A stretch of 63,336 bases of DNA, filler included, from Chiloscyllium plagiosum (lineage: Eukaryota): the NCBI RefSeq assembly GCF_004010195.1. It is 5 parts of one record of this genome, joined end to end, with 100 filler letters (N's around TTAATTAATTAA, not from the genome) between each part and the next. Parts side by side here need not be neighbours in the genome. Positions count along the whole stretch, not along the records: positions 1 to 15,603 come from NC_057714.1; positions 15,704 to 38,737 come from NC_057714.1; 3 more parts are not named here. The stretch is one strand, 5' to 3'. Under the pieces are notes generated by a model. It had not been told where the DNA came from. It made no database searches and was given only the letters and a program-made list of their open reading frames with translations. The translations under genes were made by a program, and so were the position numbers. Positions within the stretch are counted from its first letter, which is position 1, and each line of letters begins with the position of its first letter. Below, one piece after another: positions 10,744-23,670 of the stretch.

Positions 10744-12511
10744 NNNNNNNNNNNNNNNNNNNNNNNNNNNNNNNNNNNNNNNNNNNNNNNNNNNNNNNNN
10801 NNNNNNNNNNNNNNNNNNNNNNNNNNNNNNNNNNNNNNNNNNNNNNNNNNNNNNNNNNNNNNNNNNNNNNNNNNNNNNNNNNNNNNNNNNNNNNNNNNNN
10901 NNNNNNNNNNNNNNNNNNNNNNNNNNNNNNNNNNNNNNNNNNNNNNNNNNNNNNNNNNNNNNNNNNNNNNNNNNNNNNNNNNNNNNNNNNNNNNNNNNNN
11001 NNNNNNNNNNNNNNNNNNNNNNNNNNNNNNNNNNNNNNNNNNNNNNNNNNNNNNNNNNNNNNNNNNNNNNNNNNNNNNNNNNNNNNNNNNNNNNNNNNNN
11101 NNNNNNNNNNNNNNNNNNNNNNNNNNNNNNNNNNNNNNNNNNNNNNNNNNNNNNNNNNNNNNNNNNNNNNNNNNNNNNNNNNNNNNNNNNNNNNNNNNNN
11201 NNNNNNNNNNNNNNNNNNNNNNNNNNNNNNNNNNNNNNNNNNNGAAGGATGTAAGTGCATTGGAGGCAATTCAGTGGGTTTACTCAAATTGATACCTGAA
11301 TTGAGCAATATTTCTTCTGAGGAAAGATTGAACAGACTGAACTTGTTTTGTTTAGAAGAATGAGGGTTAACTTCCTTGAAGTGTATGCGATCCTGAAAAG
11401 CCTTGACATGATGAATTCATTCAGTTTCTGAACTGGTCTGCTATTTTCCGCACGATGAAGAAGCTCTCCATCGTGGCAAAATGCACACCGCAGTGTATCA
11501 TCTTTCTGTGAGTGTAAGAAATAATCAGAAAAGCTGAGAGCAACATCACTCATTCCAAAAGTACTAGCTTATTTCTCCTTCCCTTTATTGTGTGTTCATC
11601 CATTTGTGTATTATCGTAAGGAAACTATTAAAAATGAAAGGAGCCAGATCTTTGATTGCCCCTTGAACTTTTTGCACTTCTACACACTTTCAACCACTCA
11701 GTACATTTAAAATAAAATAAGTATTTCACAAACAGAAATAGACAAAAGTACAGAGCCCCCAAAAGCAAAATACTTCGCTTTCACCTTTGCACCAACACTA
11801 TTATGTGGGTGGGATGGGGTGCACAGGGATTCCCTGCAGCACAAAATTTAAAGTATTGAATTTCCTGGGCTGCTGGAAGCAGAGCTCCAAAGAGAAATGC
11901 TTTGTTCAGATAAGCTCTAGGTCATTCCAGGAGAATTGGTAACCCTTGAAATAATGAGCACCTAGAAGGGATTTTTTGGATACACCAACTAAAACAAAAA
12001 CTTGGGATTATTTAAGAAACCGTTCAGATCCATTGTAGAGAGCATTATAAATTGCAGGATATGCTGAAAGGTTTTTCTCATCTGTATATATTTTATGATC
12101 ATAATATTCAAAAGAAGCTTACGTGTGATTTTGATACTTTCCTGCAATATTCGGATTGCAGATGTGGTGAAACCTTTGTTTTAAAACAATTTTGAGTCAT
12201 AGTACTTTAACTGCCATGCCAATCAAATTGACCTTGCGCTCGCTCGCAAATGAGCGCGCACACACACACAGCGTTTTATGACCCCAAGCAACTTTATTCC
12301 TTAACCCTTCAAAAATTTTTAATTCGAAAAATATTATGCCATGTCTCAGCTGGGGTGGTGACAAACAGCTGATTGCTTATACAGTTCATTCTTTGAAACT
12401 ATAAGGTTCCTTTGACTTCAGGCTTGATTAAGCCCTTCAGGCACTATTAACTGTCCCTCCTGGGATGTTGTTTTATGTGATGGATTTTTTCCCAAATCCT
12501 GTTTAAACAAT

Positions 12512-13697
12512 CTGTTTCCTAGCTTTCCTCTGCAGCAGTTGAACACTTGCTTGCATTTTTGCGTTGCTAGATACATTTTTTTAATGGCTGGAGAAAAATT
12601 ATAGTTTGATATTGAGCTTAACAATCCATTCAGTGGCTTTAGCTGATGCAGTGAGGGTGATGGACTGACCTAAATGATTGTAATCACAATTTGAGTTGTT
12701 TATGTGTTTTACATGTGTGGTCATACCTTCCCTGACCTGGCCTCAACTGGCCAACACTTGTCCTGGTGTTCCATGGGAAGTTGAAACCTGGGACTTCAGT
12801 GCGCTCAATACGTGACAGCAGCTGGCTATTCCACCCCCTCCAAAAATTGCCAAATCATTAGGCAAAATTCACTGATGGGAGTGACCAACGGAAGAAAAAC
12901 CACTTAAAACAAACTCACTAGTGAACTATCAGCAGTAAATGTGGGAGAGAATAGCAAGAATCAAGGTAGTGGGGTGATGATGGGGGTATTCTAAGGCTGA
13001 GGGTGAGTGATCTAAATTAGAATAAGGTGTGGACTGGCAACGAGGGCCTCAAGTCAGAGAGGTGAGGGATCCAAGAGTGGGAGAGCTGATAGCCTGGGAT
13101 CAGTTTAAGGGTCTGAGGACTTTAAACACCTATCAAATTGCTGGGAACAGATTGAGAGATAAAGGAGTCCGGGTAAAGGCAGGGGGGATTGGTGAGAGAA
13201 AGCAATGGGAAGGTGAGATAGTCCACAAAGGCTTGGGGAGGCTACAAGGAGGATAGGAAAAAGAGGAAGGCCACAAGGGACTTTGGAGGAAGAAGGATGC
13301 TACAAAGGGTTGGGGAGAGACAGGCTGAAACGCAAGTGTGACAGAGTTTGGAAAGGAGAAAACAGTTTCAGATCTGTCAACAAAGTGAACACAACTAACT
13401 AAGAAGGCCTGAAGTCATTGAAGCAATAAATTACTTTGAAATGAATTTGTAATCTCTGTCATAATGTTGCATATGTTCAGCAGCTACTATACAAAAATGC
13501 AATGAATGTCAAGTATTAAATTTAAATCTGGTCAGATTGGGATCTGAGGTACAGTTACAAAGTAAAAGTAGTAACTACCTGTTTCCTAGATTTCCTCTGC
13601 AGCAGTTGAACACTTGCTTGCATTTTAGAGTTGCTAGCTGCATTTTTTTTATGGCTGGGGAAAAATTATAGTTTGATATTGAGCTTAACAATCAATT
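12512..13697 (+). repeat. Pair of 119-bp direct repeats (12512-12630 and 13579-13697)
   Basis: Both copies read ctgtttcctag.tttcctctgcagcagttgaacacttgcttgcatttt...aaaaattatagtttgatattgagcttaacaatc.att, differing by scattered substitutions. Confidence 0.9.
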
Positions 13698-14597
13698 GCT
13701 GTGACCTCACCAATCTGAAAGATATGTTTAGGGTGATGGCCTTTTGTGCGTTAGAAGTGCATGTAAGTTATTTTGGAAATCTCTTTTGCTAACTTACATC
13801 TACTATGTTGTGCCAATTTAAATACTGTGGTGTATAGAAAATTTCCTTTTGTGTTGTAGCTTTAATGGAGGATTGATGACTATAATGGATCTTAATGAGT
13901 ACTTTTAAATCTGCTTCTGTAAGAATCCAAACGGCGCCACATGTCCACACAAACGCAGAAAGTAATGCTGCAGCGAGACTGCACCTCCTAATAAAGGAGT
14001 TTGTGAGAATGATAACATAGCCCCTGAAAACCAAGAAGTGGCTCTGAAAACCAAAATGTAGGCCTCGAGAGGAACCCTTTAACAAAATAAATTATTATAC
14101 ATCCTGGATTTACAACAGATCAGTTACCAGGTTCCTATTGCAGGACCAATCTTGGAGCTAATGCTGTCAATAATGCAACCAGACTCTTGCATTTGGGCTC
14201 CCAACGATTAAAAACCCACATGAAAATGGATTCTTTAGGGACAACAAAGCCAAGAAATAGGGCTGGCAACAAGAATATAACAGCTCAATGCTAAGACCTA
14301 CCCTCAGTAAAACATGGCTATTTACAAAAGAATCCTTGACAAGAATATGAACATAAGTTACTTATGATATTTTCTGGATCAATCCAGCCATCGAGCATAC
14401 TTTCCTTGTTACCATTGTAAGCAGGTGTAGCAAGCCCTTTGGCCTAGCCACCTAAATCAAGAAATATTGCAAGACAAGAACATTGGAAATTAGAATAGGA
14501 AACTGCAAAGTTATGGGAAAATATGAGATGGCTAGGATGGTTTTCTGCTGTGAGTGAATGACTGGACAATCTGTTAATGAATTCAGACAACTGTAAA

Positions 14598-15603
14598 CAG
14601 AGCTGAAAAATGTGTTGCTGGAAAAGCACAGCAGCTCAGGCAGCATCCAAGGGGCAGGAGAATCGACGTTTCGGGCATAAGCCCTTCTTCAGGAATGAGG
14701 AGGGTGTGCCAAGCAGACTAAGATAAAAGGTAGGGAGGAGGGACTTGGGGGAGGGGCGTTGGGAATGCAAGAGGTGGAAGGAGAATGAAAGATCAGTCCT
14801 CAGCAGAGGCCTCACCTTTATCCCCCTACGCTCCCGGATTAGTTCAACACGCGGCAAGACATCGAACAATACCTCCGCCACCTTTGCCTCCGCGCCTACT
14901 TCTTCAACCAGGATTCTCGCCCACCCTCTGACATCCCCCTCTCCCGCATCCAACACACCCCATCCACCTGGACACCCCGTGCTGGCCTCTTACCCGCCCT
15001 CGATCTTTTCATAGCCAACTGCCGCCGCAACATTAACCGCCTCAACTTGTCTACCCCTCTTACCCACTCCAACCTCTCATCATCGGAACATGCAGCCCTC
15101 CACTCCCTCCGTTCTAACCCCAACCTCACTATCAAACTGGCAGACAAGGGAGGCGCGGTAGTAGTTTGGCGCACCGACCTTTACACCACTGNNNNNNNNN
15201 NNNNNNNNNNNNNNNNNNNNNNNNNNNNNNNNNNNNNNNNNNNNNNNNNNNNNNNNNNNNNNNNNNNNNNNNNNNNNNNNNNNNNNNNNNNNNNNNNNNN
15301 NNNNNNCCCGCACCGCCCGTTTCTACCTCCTGCCCAAAATCCACAAACCTGACTGCCTCGGCTGACCCATTATCTCAGCCTGCTCCTGCCCCACTGAACT
15401 CATCTCTGCATAACTCAACACGGTCCTGTCCCCCTTAGTCCAAGAACTCCCCATCTACGTTTGGGACACCACCCATGCCCTCCACCTCCTCCATGATTTT
15501 CGCTTCCCCGGCCCCCAACGCCTTATCTTCACCATGGACATCCAGTCCCTATACACCTCCATCCCCCATCACAAAGGCCTCAAAGCCCTTCGCTTCTTCC
15601 TTT
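14598..15603 (+). mobile_element. Penelope-like retroelement: inverted terminal repeat (about 14598-14780, minus) plus degraded RT ORF (plus)
   Basis: PLE RT motifs ERSVLSRGLTFIP, NPNLTIKLADKGGAVVVW, RFYLLPKIHKP and FTMDIQSLYTSIPH; contains stops and frameshifts. Confidence 0.9.
14665..14692 (-). ncRNA. Minimal hammerhead ribozyme-like motif (PLE family B)
   Basis: Minus strand reads attc-CTGAAGA-A-GGGC-ttat-GCCC-GAAA-CGTC-gatt; intact core with a GUC triplet. Confidence 0.65.
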
Positions 15604-15703
15604 NNNNNNNNNNNNNNNNNNNNNNNNNNNNNNNNNNNNNNNNNNNNTTAATTAATTAANNNNNNNNNNNNNNNNNNNNNNNNNNNNNNNNNNNNNNNNN
15701 NNN
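15604..15703. other. Artificial contig-join linker (44 N + TTAATTAATTAA + 44 N)
   Basis: Exactly 100 bp, with a six-frame-stop 12-mer at 15648-15659; the same structure occurs four times. Confidence 0.95.
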
Positions 15704-16102
15704 CTGACCCAGCCAGGAATGCCCATATTACTTAATGGATAAAATACAAAGAGCGAGAAAATGAAATAAACACGGCGCCATTCGGTGGTGTTCTGAACCA
15801 CTGACCATTTTATAATCTTAAAATAAAAGATGTACCGTGCTTCTTACATTGTCAATACAGGTAGCTCCAAGTGAAGGATCCAAAATGCAAAAGCTGGCAA
15901 CACAGGAACGTGCAAATGGCCAGTCAGCCCATTGAACCTGTTCCACCATTCAATGAGATCACAGCTGATCTGTGGCCTAACTCCATATACCTGCCTTCGG
16001 CCCATATCCCTGTGGAAGTTGGTTAAAGAACTGTGGTCTCCCTTCCAGTAATGCTCCCAAGTAAAGATCATCTGTACTATATTGGGAGTGTTTTTACTAC
16101 GG

Positions 16103-16282
16103 CGAAAGCGAGGACTGTAGATGCTGGAGATCAGAGTCGCAAGTGTGATCCTGGAAAAGCAGGTTAGGCAGCATCCAAGGAGCAGGAGAATCAACAGTTG
16201 ATGAAGGGCTTATGCCTGAAACATCAATTCTCCTGCTCCCCGGATGCTGCCTCCCCTGCTGTGCTTTTCCAGTACCACGCTA
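16103..16282. mobile_element. Fold-back Penelope derivative (family B variant), 17-bp TSD with one mismatch
   Basis: GAGTGTTTTTACTACGG at 16086-16102 vs GAGTGTTTTTACTATGG at 16283-16299; the junction sits just before tgatgaagggcttatgcctgaaac. Confidence 0.8.
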
Positions 16283-16864
16283 GAGTGTTTTTACTATGGG
16301 CAAGATCCATTATAAATTGCAACATTCAATTAGTGAGTTCTGCCTTTTAATAAACATTTGCTCCACGTTTACTTGAATCAGAATATGGGCATTTTAGACA
16401 AGAGAAGATAGAGTTGTAGAGGATGCATAATCATTTACTGTGCATTGCTTAAAACAGATAGTTTGTCAAAACTTTCTGTCTTACACACATCAGGACAATT
16501 TGCAAGAATGTTAATTCAAGGGAAAAGCAACTTTTTAGACGGTATGAGAGGAGAGTGTCAATTAACAAAATGTATTGGTAATGCACAAATGAATGACAAT
16601 TGACAGGACAGTCAACAACTAAAGCAACTCACCATAAACCAGAAGAAAAAAATTCAGAATTCATTTCTAAGCATAGATGGAATTATGTCATCTCAGCTCA
16701 ATAGTTAGTCAGTCAGGCAGTCACATAGCTGTTAAATGGCTTGCATGAGATTCTGCTTCTTTAGAAATAATTGTATTGATTCCTGTGAGTAATTTGAGAA
16801 TTGCAGATGGTGCACATTGTAAATTTTTCAAACCATGTCAAAAATAACCCAAAAAGTATAAATC

Positions 16865-17065
16865 AAAAAGAACTACGGACGCTGTAAATCAGAAACAAAA
16901 ACAAAAGTTACTGGAAAAGCTCAGCAGGTCTGGCAGGATCTGCGAAGAGTAATCAGAGTTAATGTTTCAGGTCCAGATCTGATCACCAGACCCGGAATGT
17001 TAACTTTGATTTCTCTTCACAGATGTTGTCGGACTTGCTGAGCTTTTCCAGCAACTTATGTTTTT
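16865..17065. mobile_element. Older fold-back Penelope-type derivative (family C)
   Basis: Inverted arms aaaaacaaaagttactggaaaagctcagcaggtc.. and ..gacttgctgagcttttccagcaacttatgttttt, meeting at a degenerate ..accagacccggaatgttaac stem/GAAA region. Confidence 0.65.
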
Positions 17066-17309
17066 ATAACACAAAGGTGTCCTTTTTGTAAAATTGTAGT
17101 CCTTTAATGTAATAGATTCCATATTTTTAATGCTTCGTTGATTTTGGAATTTACTGAAACTTTATTTTCTCAAAAATATTGCAATGAACATCATTCCATA
17201 GACAGCTTTTTGGATGAAACATTAATCTGAAATCTGCTTTTTCAAGTGAATGTTAAATGGCATTCTTCAAAGGGTGGTAAGATTTTCCAGTTCCCCAGCC
17301 AATATTTAT

Positions 17310-17880
17310 TATAGAATCTCAGAATTTTACCATACAGAAAGGCAATTCAACTCATCATGTCTGTACCATTCCCCCAGAAGAGCTATGTAGCTAGTCCCAT
17401 ATCTGTACCCTCTAAATCCATCACTTTTATATTACATGTGGATATGTATATCCAACTCTCTTCTGAAAGAGATGGATTTTGCCTCCGCCACTCTCCCAGG
17501 CAGCACATTCCTAATCCTAACAACTCTGAATAAAGAAGTTTCTCCTCTTCTCACTCCAAGTTCTCTTGCTGACAATCTTTAAACTGTGAACCCTAGTTAC
17601 TGGAGTACCAATGCGTGGAAACAGAATATCCTTCTTTACCCAATAACATTGTTTATAATTATGAACACTCCAAGATGGTTATATTTGATCTTCTCTGCTT
17701 CAAGGAGAATAAGATCAATTTCTCTATTCTTTCCTGAGACCCAAAATCTTTTATTCCTGGTATCATTCTGGTAAATATTCATTGTGTTCTCTCCAGGGCT
17801 TCAACATCCTTCTTTAAATAAGATGCCCAGAATTGAATGAAATACCCCAAATGTAGTCAGACCAATGATTTGCAGGAGTC
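17310..17880 (-). mobile_element. Old CR1/L2-type LINE 3' fragment
   Basis: Degenerate match to the same ORF2 C-terminus and 3' UTR seen in younger copies. Confidence 0.6.
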
Positions 17881-18706
17881 ATAAAGATCGTACAAGTCTT
17901 CTTAACAACTGTTTCAATTTGTCTGGACACCTTCAGAAAATTGTGTACTAATTATCACTCTATTATTCCTAACTAACACCACGAAACAGATAAACAGATG
18001 AAACAGATAAACTAGCCTATTATATCAGTACTGATTATGGATACATGCGTTTAGCTATCACCAGTGAATAGATTTCAAAGATAATGAATGGATTGTTAAA
18101 CACTTGGTTCATCCTGAGGATGTTATAATGCAAGATGTTTAATTTATATATATTAAAGTATCACATATTTTTGAATTTGGATATTTGAACTTGAATCAGT
18201 GGCATATGGGATTTTGTGTGCCTGAAGAGAATTACTGATTAACCCTTAAGTACTTCTGTAGCCATGGTAATTTCTATTAAAATATAGTACACAAAAAAAA
18301 ACTTCCTGGAGATTGAGAATTAACGAGCAAACAAGGATGTGCATTAGGCTCCAATTTAGGAGGTGGTCAGGGATTGATTTTTTTCTTTTGACTCGGAGAA
18401 ACACCCATAAATTGGAGATTTTATTTTTAATTTTAGTTTGGGCAGTTCTGCAGGGTTCTTAGCTGAAGCTGGATACGTAAAGCAGTTGCTTTGGAGAAAA
18501 GAAATTGTGAAAAAATAAAAAAGTTACCTCAATGTAAGGGGTTTAGTAACAGTTCCAGATCATAATATCAAAGATGTGATGTAATTGTAAGAATAAACCT
18601 ATCCTTTAACCTGAAATGAAATAAACCAAAAACAAAACAGTACAGATAATATGACTGACTTTCCACACCTACTATCCATTGTATTATAGGGTACCAAAGA
18701 CAGAAA

Positions 18707-19008
18707 ACGGTAACTCAGTGGTTAGCATTGCTGCCTCAGTGCCAGAGATCCGGGTTCAATTCTCACTGTGGGCAACTATCTCTGTGGAGTTTGCATGTTT
18801 TCCCAGTGCCTGCATGAATTTCCTCCGGGTGCCCTGGTTTCCTCCCACAATCCAAAGATGTGTAGATTAGGTGGATTGGCCATAAGAAGTGCAGGGTTAT
18901 AGGGATAAGGTGGAGGATGGTGGCAAGTCTGGATGAGATGTTCTTCGGAGGGTCGGTGTGGACTTGTTGAGCTGAACAGCCCGTTTCCACACTGTAGGGA
19001 TTCTATGG
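18707..19008 (+). mobile_element. HE1-type V-SINE
   Basis: Head ctcagtggttagcattgctgcctca..cgggttcaattc, V-domain, and tail ..gtttccacactgtagggattctatg. Confidence 0.88.
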
Positions 19009-20589
19009 AATTGAAATCCAACTGGTTTGTCATGCCATCTAAACTTCTCAGTGCATTAGTTTGTATCACAGACTTTTTGAATTCTGCAATGCATTACTTT
19101 AGATCCCAGTTTAGGTTTAAGAACAGGTATTCTGTTAAAATCTGTGCTTTTTGATGACTAAGATTCCACCTGTTCCACTATAAGTGCAAATTCACATCCA
19201 AAATGAGTTGCCTTTCAGACTCTTCTTCCTTTGTTATATATAAGCCTACTATTTCTTGAATTTAAAAAAAAATCTCAACACTTTTTTTCATAATCCTCTG
19301 TGGTATGTAGACAAACCAGTTTCTCTTGACATTGAGCCAAGTATCAAGCAAGCTGTATCACAGTACATCAGCTATAACGGAATACACAATAAACATCTAG
19401 GTTATCTTGTAAATTAGGGTACAAACAGGGCACACAACAGGACTCAATTAACAGCAAAGACAATGTCAGCTCTCTCTCTCTCTCTCTCACTTTCTGCTTG
19501 TACTTTTCCTCATGTCTTCACTATGTCCTTTAGTAATACTTGCAACATATTCACGAGACAATGAATATGGAATATGTTCCATAGCAAACTGTCACCTCAC
19601 AATAGACTACAATGCGATGTTTAAAAAAAATTGGAATGAATAGTTTCCTTCAGAACATGAAATGTCAGTATTTTATCCAAACTCCTAGAAGGTATAGCAC
19701 AAACCTTGCAATTGATGAGCAGTAAGTGCTAGCATACGGAATTACGCCCACACTCCATAAACAAAAAACAATGCTCACACTCAAAATATACCAGATACCT
19801 AACCACATGATAATCACAGCTGGGTACAATTTAGCACTGCTCACATATACTTTTGACTTACTTGTGATGTCTCCACTGTCGATTAGTCTAGCAAAGTGCA
19901 CCACCAAGGCTCACATTTGAGCAATGGTTAGCGATGCAGAGTTTGAAAGGGTTCTCATAGAAAACAAGAATTGTATCCATCAATGATTCAATGTGTGGAG
20001 CTTTGTTGCAAAGTATGTTAGGGTGCAGAAGAAACCTATTTCCTATACTATAATTCCTAGAGGAAAAATACCCTCAACATTCTTCTAGACATCACAACAT
20101 TTAAATAAGGAATGAGAAAGGTCATTTTGACCTATTGAGATTACAATTCAAAGTATTTTGAATTGAGATATGCAGACAATAGTTCAAGCTGCTATCATTG
20201 CTAGTATTACCTTCATTGGTTTAATTGGGGTTTTCCTCCCCATACAGTGAGAACATTTTTCTAACAGTGTTTGCATCCATACCTCTGATGTCACAGACTA
20301 CACCTTGGGTGTATGGCATGTTCATACTGAACCTTGTCTGTTCTGTGTGTGGAGGCTGATTCATGAGGAGAAATCCCTTCTACAGTGTGCACACGTGAAC
20401 AGTATTGCCATGGAGCTTCATTAATACTTTTTACATTCCACCAAGCTCTCTTTGCTGCCATCTGGTCATCTCTTTCGTCCTCTACCTTTTCTATGCCCTT
20501 TCTGATCACTTCACTCCAGGCTCTCTCATTGACAGCAAGGACTGACCATGCATTGCCTCGGATTACAGTCAACTGGAATTTTGGTAAAG

Positions 20590-21773
20590 CGCAGCAGGTC
20601 AGGAAGCATCCAAAGAGCAGGAAAATTGACGTTTCGGGCATGAACCCTTCTTCAGGAATGAGGAGAGTGCGCCAAGCAGGCTAAGATAAAAGGTAGGGAG
20701 GAGAGACTTGGGGGAGGGGCGTTGGAAGTGCGATAGGTGGAAGGAGGTTAAGGTGAAGGGCAGAGGAGCGGGAAGTGGAGGAGATGCAGTGGAGAGCATA
20801 GTCGATCACGTCTGGGGGGAAATTGCGATCTTTGAAGAAGGAGCCATCTGGGTTGACAACGCAGATGGCCTCTTTCTTCAAAGACAACCCAGATGGCCTC
20901 CTTCTTCAAAGACCGCAATTTCCCCCCAGACGTGATCGACTATGCTCTCCACTGCATCTCCTCCACTTCCCGCTCCTCTGCCCTTGAGCCCTGCCCCTCC
21001 AATCACCACCAGGACAGAACCCCACTGGTTCTCACCTACCACCCCACCAACCTCCATATACATCGTATCATCCGTCGTCATTTCCGCCACCTCCAAACGG
21101 ACCCCACCACCAGGGATATATTTCCCTCCCCTCCCCTATCATCGTTCCGAAAAGACCACTCCCTCCGTGACTCCCTTGTCAGGTCCACACCCCCCACCAA
21201 NNNNNNNNNNNNNNNNNNNNNNNNNNNNNNNNNNNNNNNNNNNNNNNNNNNNNNNNNNNNNNNNNNNNNNNNNNNNNNNNNNNNNNNNNNNNNNNNNNNN
21301 NNNNNNNNNNNNNNNNNNNNNNNNNNNNNNNNNNNNNNNNNNNNNNNNNNNNNNNNNNNNNNNNNNNNNNNNNNNNNNNNNNNNNNNNNNNNNNNNNNNN
21401 NNNNNNNNNNNNNNNNNNNNNNNNNNNNNNNNNNNNNNNNNNNNNNNNNNNNNNNNNNNNNNNNNNNNNNNNNNNNNNNNNNNNNNNNNNNNNNNNNNNN
21501 NNNNNNNNNNNNNNNNNNNNNNNNNNNNNNNNNNNTCCGGCCTATCACCCTCACCTTAACCTCCTTCCACCCCACCTATTTCCAATGCCCCTCCCCCAAG
21601 TCCCTCCTCCCTACCTTTTATCTTAGCCTGCTTGGCACACTCTCCTCATTCCTGAAGAAGGGCTCATGCCCGAAACGTCGATTCTCCTGCTCCTTGGATG
21701 CTGCCTGACCTGCTGCTTTTCCAGCAACACATTTTCAGCTCTGATCTCCAGCATCTGCAGACCTCACTTTCTC
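20590..21773 (+). mobile_element. 5'-truncated Penelope-like element with a complex 5' inversion, 17-bp TSD
   Basis: TSD CTGGAATTTTGGTAAAG at 20573-20589 and 21774-21790. Inverted terminal repeat at about 20590-20755, inverted ORF piece at about 20756-20855, then ORF MASFFKDRNFPPDVI..RTPLVLTYHPTNLHIHRIIRRHFRHLQ..SLRDSLVRS, an N gap (21201-21535) and the sense terminal repeat. Confidence 0.9.
21652..21679 (+). ncRNA. Minimal hammerhead ribozyme-like motif (PLE family B)
   Basis: attc-CTGAAGA-A-GGGC-tcat-GCCC-GAAA-CGTC-gatt. A mirror copy lies on the minus strand at 20628-20655, with a G-U pair in stem II. Confidence 0.65.
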
Positions 21774-23101
21774 CTGGAATTTTGGTAAAGGCAGGTTCAA
21801 CTGAGGCATACAAGAGGGCACGAGATGATTATTTGAATAGAAACAATGTGCAAGGGTATGGTGAAAAATAGGAGAATGGTATTGAGTCAAAAAGTCTATT
21901 TAGAGCGCTGATGCTGATACTGTGGGCCAAACGGCCTCCTTCTGTACTGTAATACGTCTGGTGATTCTGTGAACTTGACATCTCACTGGTAGAAATGCTG
22001 GTCTCTCAAATGTCGGTGACCTGTTGGCAACACATTAATAGCAAGTCTTTGAAGACATATCTGTCATCCATTCAGGTCACATGACTGAGGTAACAGAGTA
22101 ACTACTATGTCAAGAGGCCAACCATGCTAGGAATCCCTGCACACTGGTGTACTTCAATGCTTGGCACTCTGTCTTACCTGGAGATACCCAATATTCATTC
22201 AAGCTGGAGGTGTTGTAAATATAGAGCTACTTTTCTTGGTTTATGTAAGTTGTACATACTTCACTGCTGTGAAGGAAGGTGCTGAGAACATTAGCCTGGT
22301 ATGCTCTGACTTTGTATTTTCAGTTGGATTACTATTGGCTCACGATTACCTTCACTTTAACATGTCAGCTGTGGCATTAAAAATCCTGGTGCTATTTTGG
22401 TTGCTGGTAATCATTGATCCACAGTATATGACATTTTCTTTTATTTATTCAGTCATGAGGATGTCACTTGCTAGACCAGCATTTATTGCCTATCCATAAT
22501 TGACAAGAGGGCAGTTAAGGGTCAACCATTTCTATGGGTCTGGATTCAAATGCAGGCCAGACCAGGTACGGATGGCAGTTTTCTTCCCTAAAGGACATTA
22601 GATGAGCTCCAGACTGAGGCGGTAAATGTGATGGATTGTGTAGTCTCTACATTCAGGCTCACAACACTGGCCATCTAAACTCTGCAAAGGGTGGACTGAA
22701 CTACAAGCTGCTGCAAATACATTTCAGTATGAGGGAACCAATGTGGTGCTGTCAATAAACAGCAATCCATGGACACTGACTTCAGCTTACATAAAGGATC
22801 TGATGTTACTCCATTCTGATGGATGGAACTGTACCTATGTTTGTAGAAAGAACAAATTATGCCCAGGATTTCAGAAGGGCACTGTATTTACTGCACCAGT
22901 TTATAATAGTCATCACAAAACCTCACTCTAGTTTGTCTCTCTGCCTTCATTTTTTTTTCCCAGTGCGATCCATTTGATAATGAGTCCGTATCATCTGCAC
23001 TATATAAAGCCGTTTATTACATTATCTCCAAAGAACCTTTCTGTGAACTCACTCTTTTGCAGACTTTAATTCTAATCTCCCTAATCCCTCTCTTATCTCA
23101 A

Positions 23102-23670
23102 AGTCAGAGATGTACAGCATAGAAACAGACCCCTCGGTCCAACTCGTCCATGTTGACCAGATATCCTATATAGATCTGGTCCCATTTGACAGCATTTTCC
23201 CCACATTCCCTCTCAAACTTCCTATTCATATACCCAACCAGATGCCTTTTAAATATTGCAATCATACGAGCCTGTATCACTTCCTCTGGCAGCTCTATCC
23301 GTATTTGCACCATCCTCTGCATGAAAAGGATGCCCCTTAGATCGCTTTTATATCTTTCCCCTGTCAACTTAAACCTATGCTCTCTAGATTTGGACTCCCC
23401 CACCTGAGGGAAAATACCTTATCTGGCTATTTACCCTATCCATGCCCCTCATGATTTTATAAACGTCACTCCTCGGCCTCTGAAGGTCCAAAGAAAACAG
23501 CCCCAGCCTATTTAGCCTCTCCCTATAGCTGCAAACCAACCTCCCCCCCCCCATCTTCTTTGAACCCTTTCTAGTTTAACAACATCCTTCTTAGGAGAGG
23601 GAGACGAGAATTGCATGCAATACTTTAAAAATGGCTGAACCAGTGTTCTGTACAATGTAACATGAACTCA
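23102..23670 (-). mobile_element. CR1-type LINE 3' fragment
   Basis: ORF 23104-23403 (GESKSREHRFKLTGERYKSDLRG..ELPEEV); same family as 508-1410. Confidence 0.85.

Noticed and set aside
13860..13918. Plus-strand acceptor (tttccttttgtgttgtag) followed by FNGGLMTIMDLNEYF*
   Set aside because: All frames close quickly and I recognise no homolog.
15648..15659. TTAATTAATTAA as a biological motif (also at 38782, 49072 and 59971)
   Set aside because: Always centred in exactly 44+44 N; a synthetic six-frame-stop linker.
19700..19760. Minus-strand LWSVGVIPY, resembling the kinase motif DMWSIGVLTY of a later STK17A exon
   Set aside because: No AG acceptor at the expected position (tttatg|GAGT) and no continuation into LTG.SPF; most likely chance.
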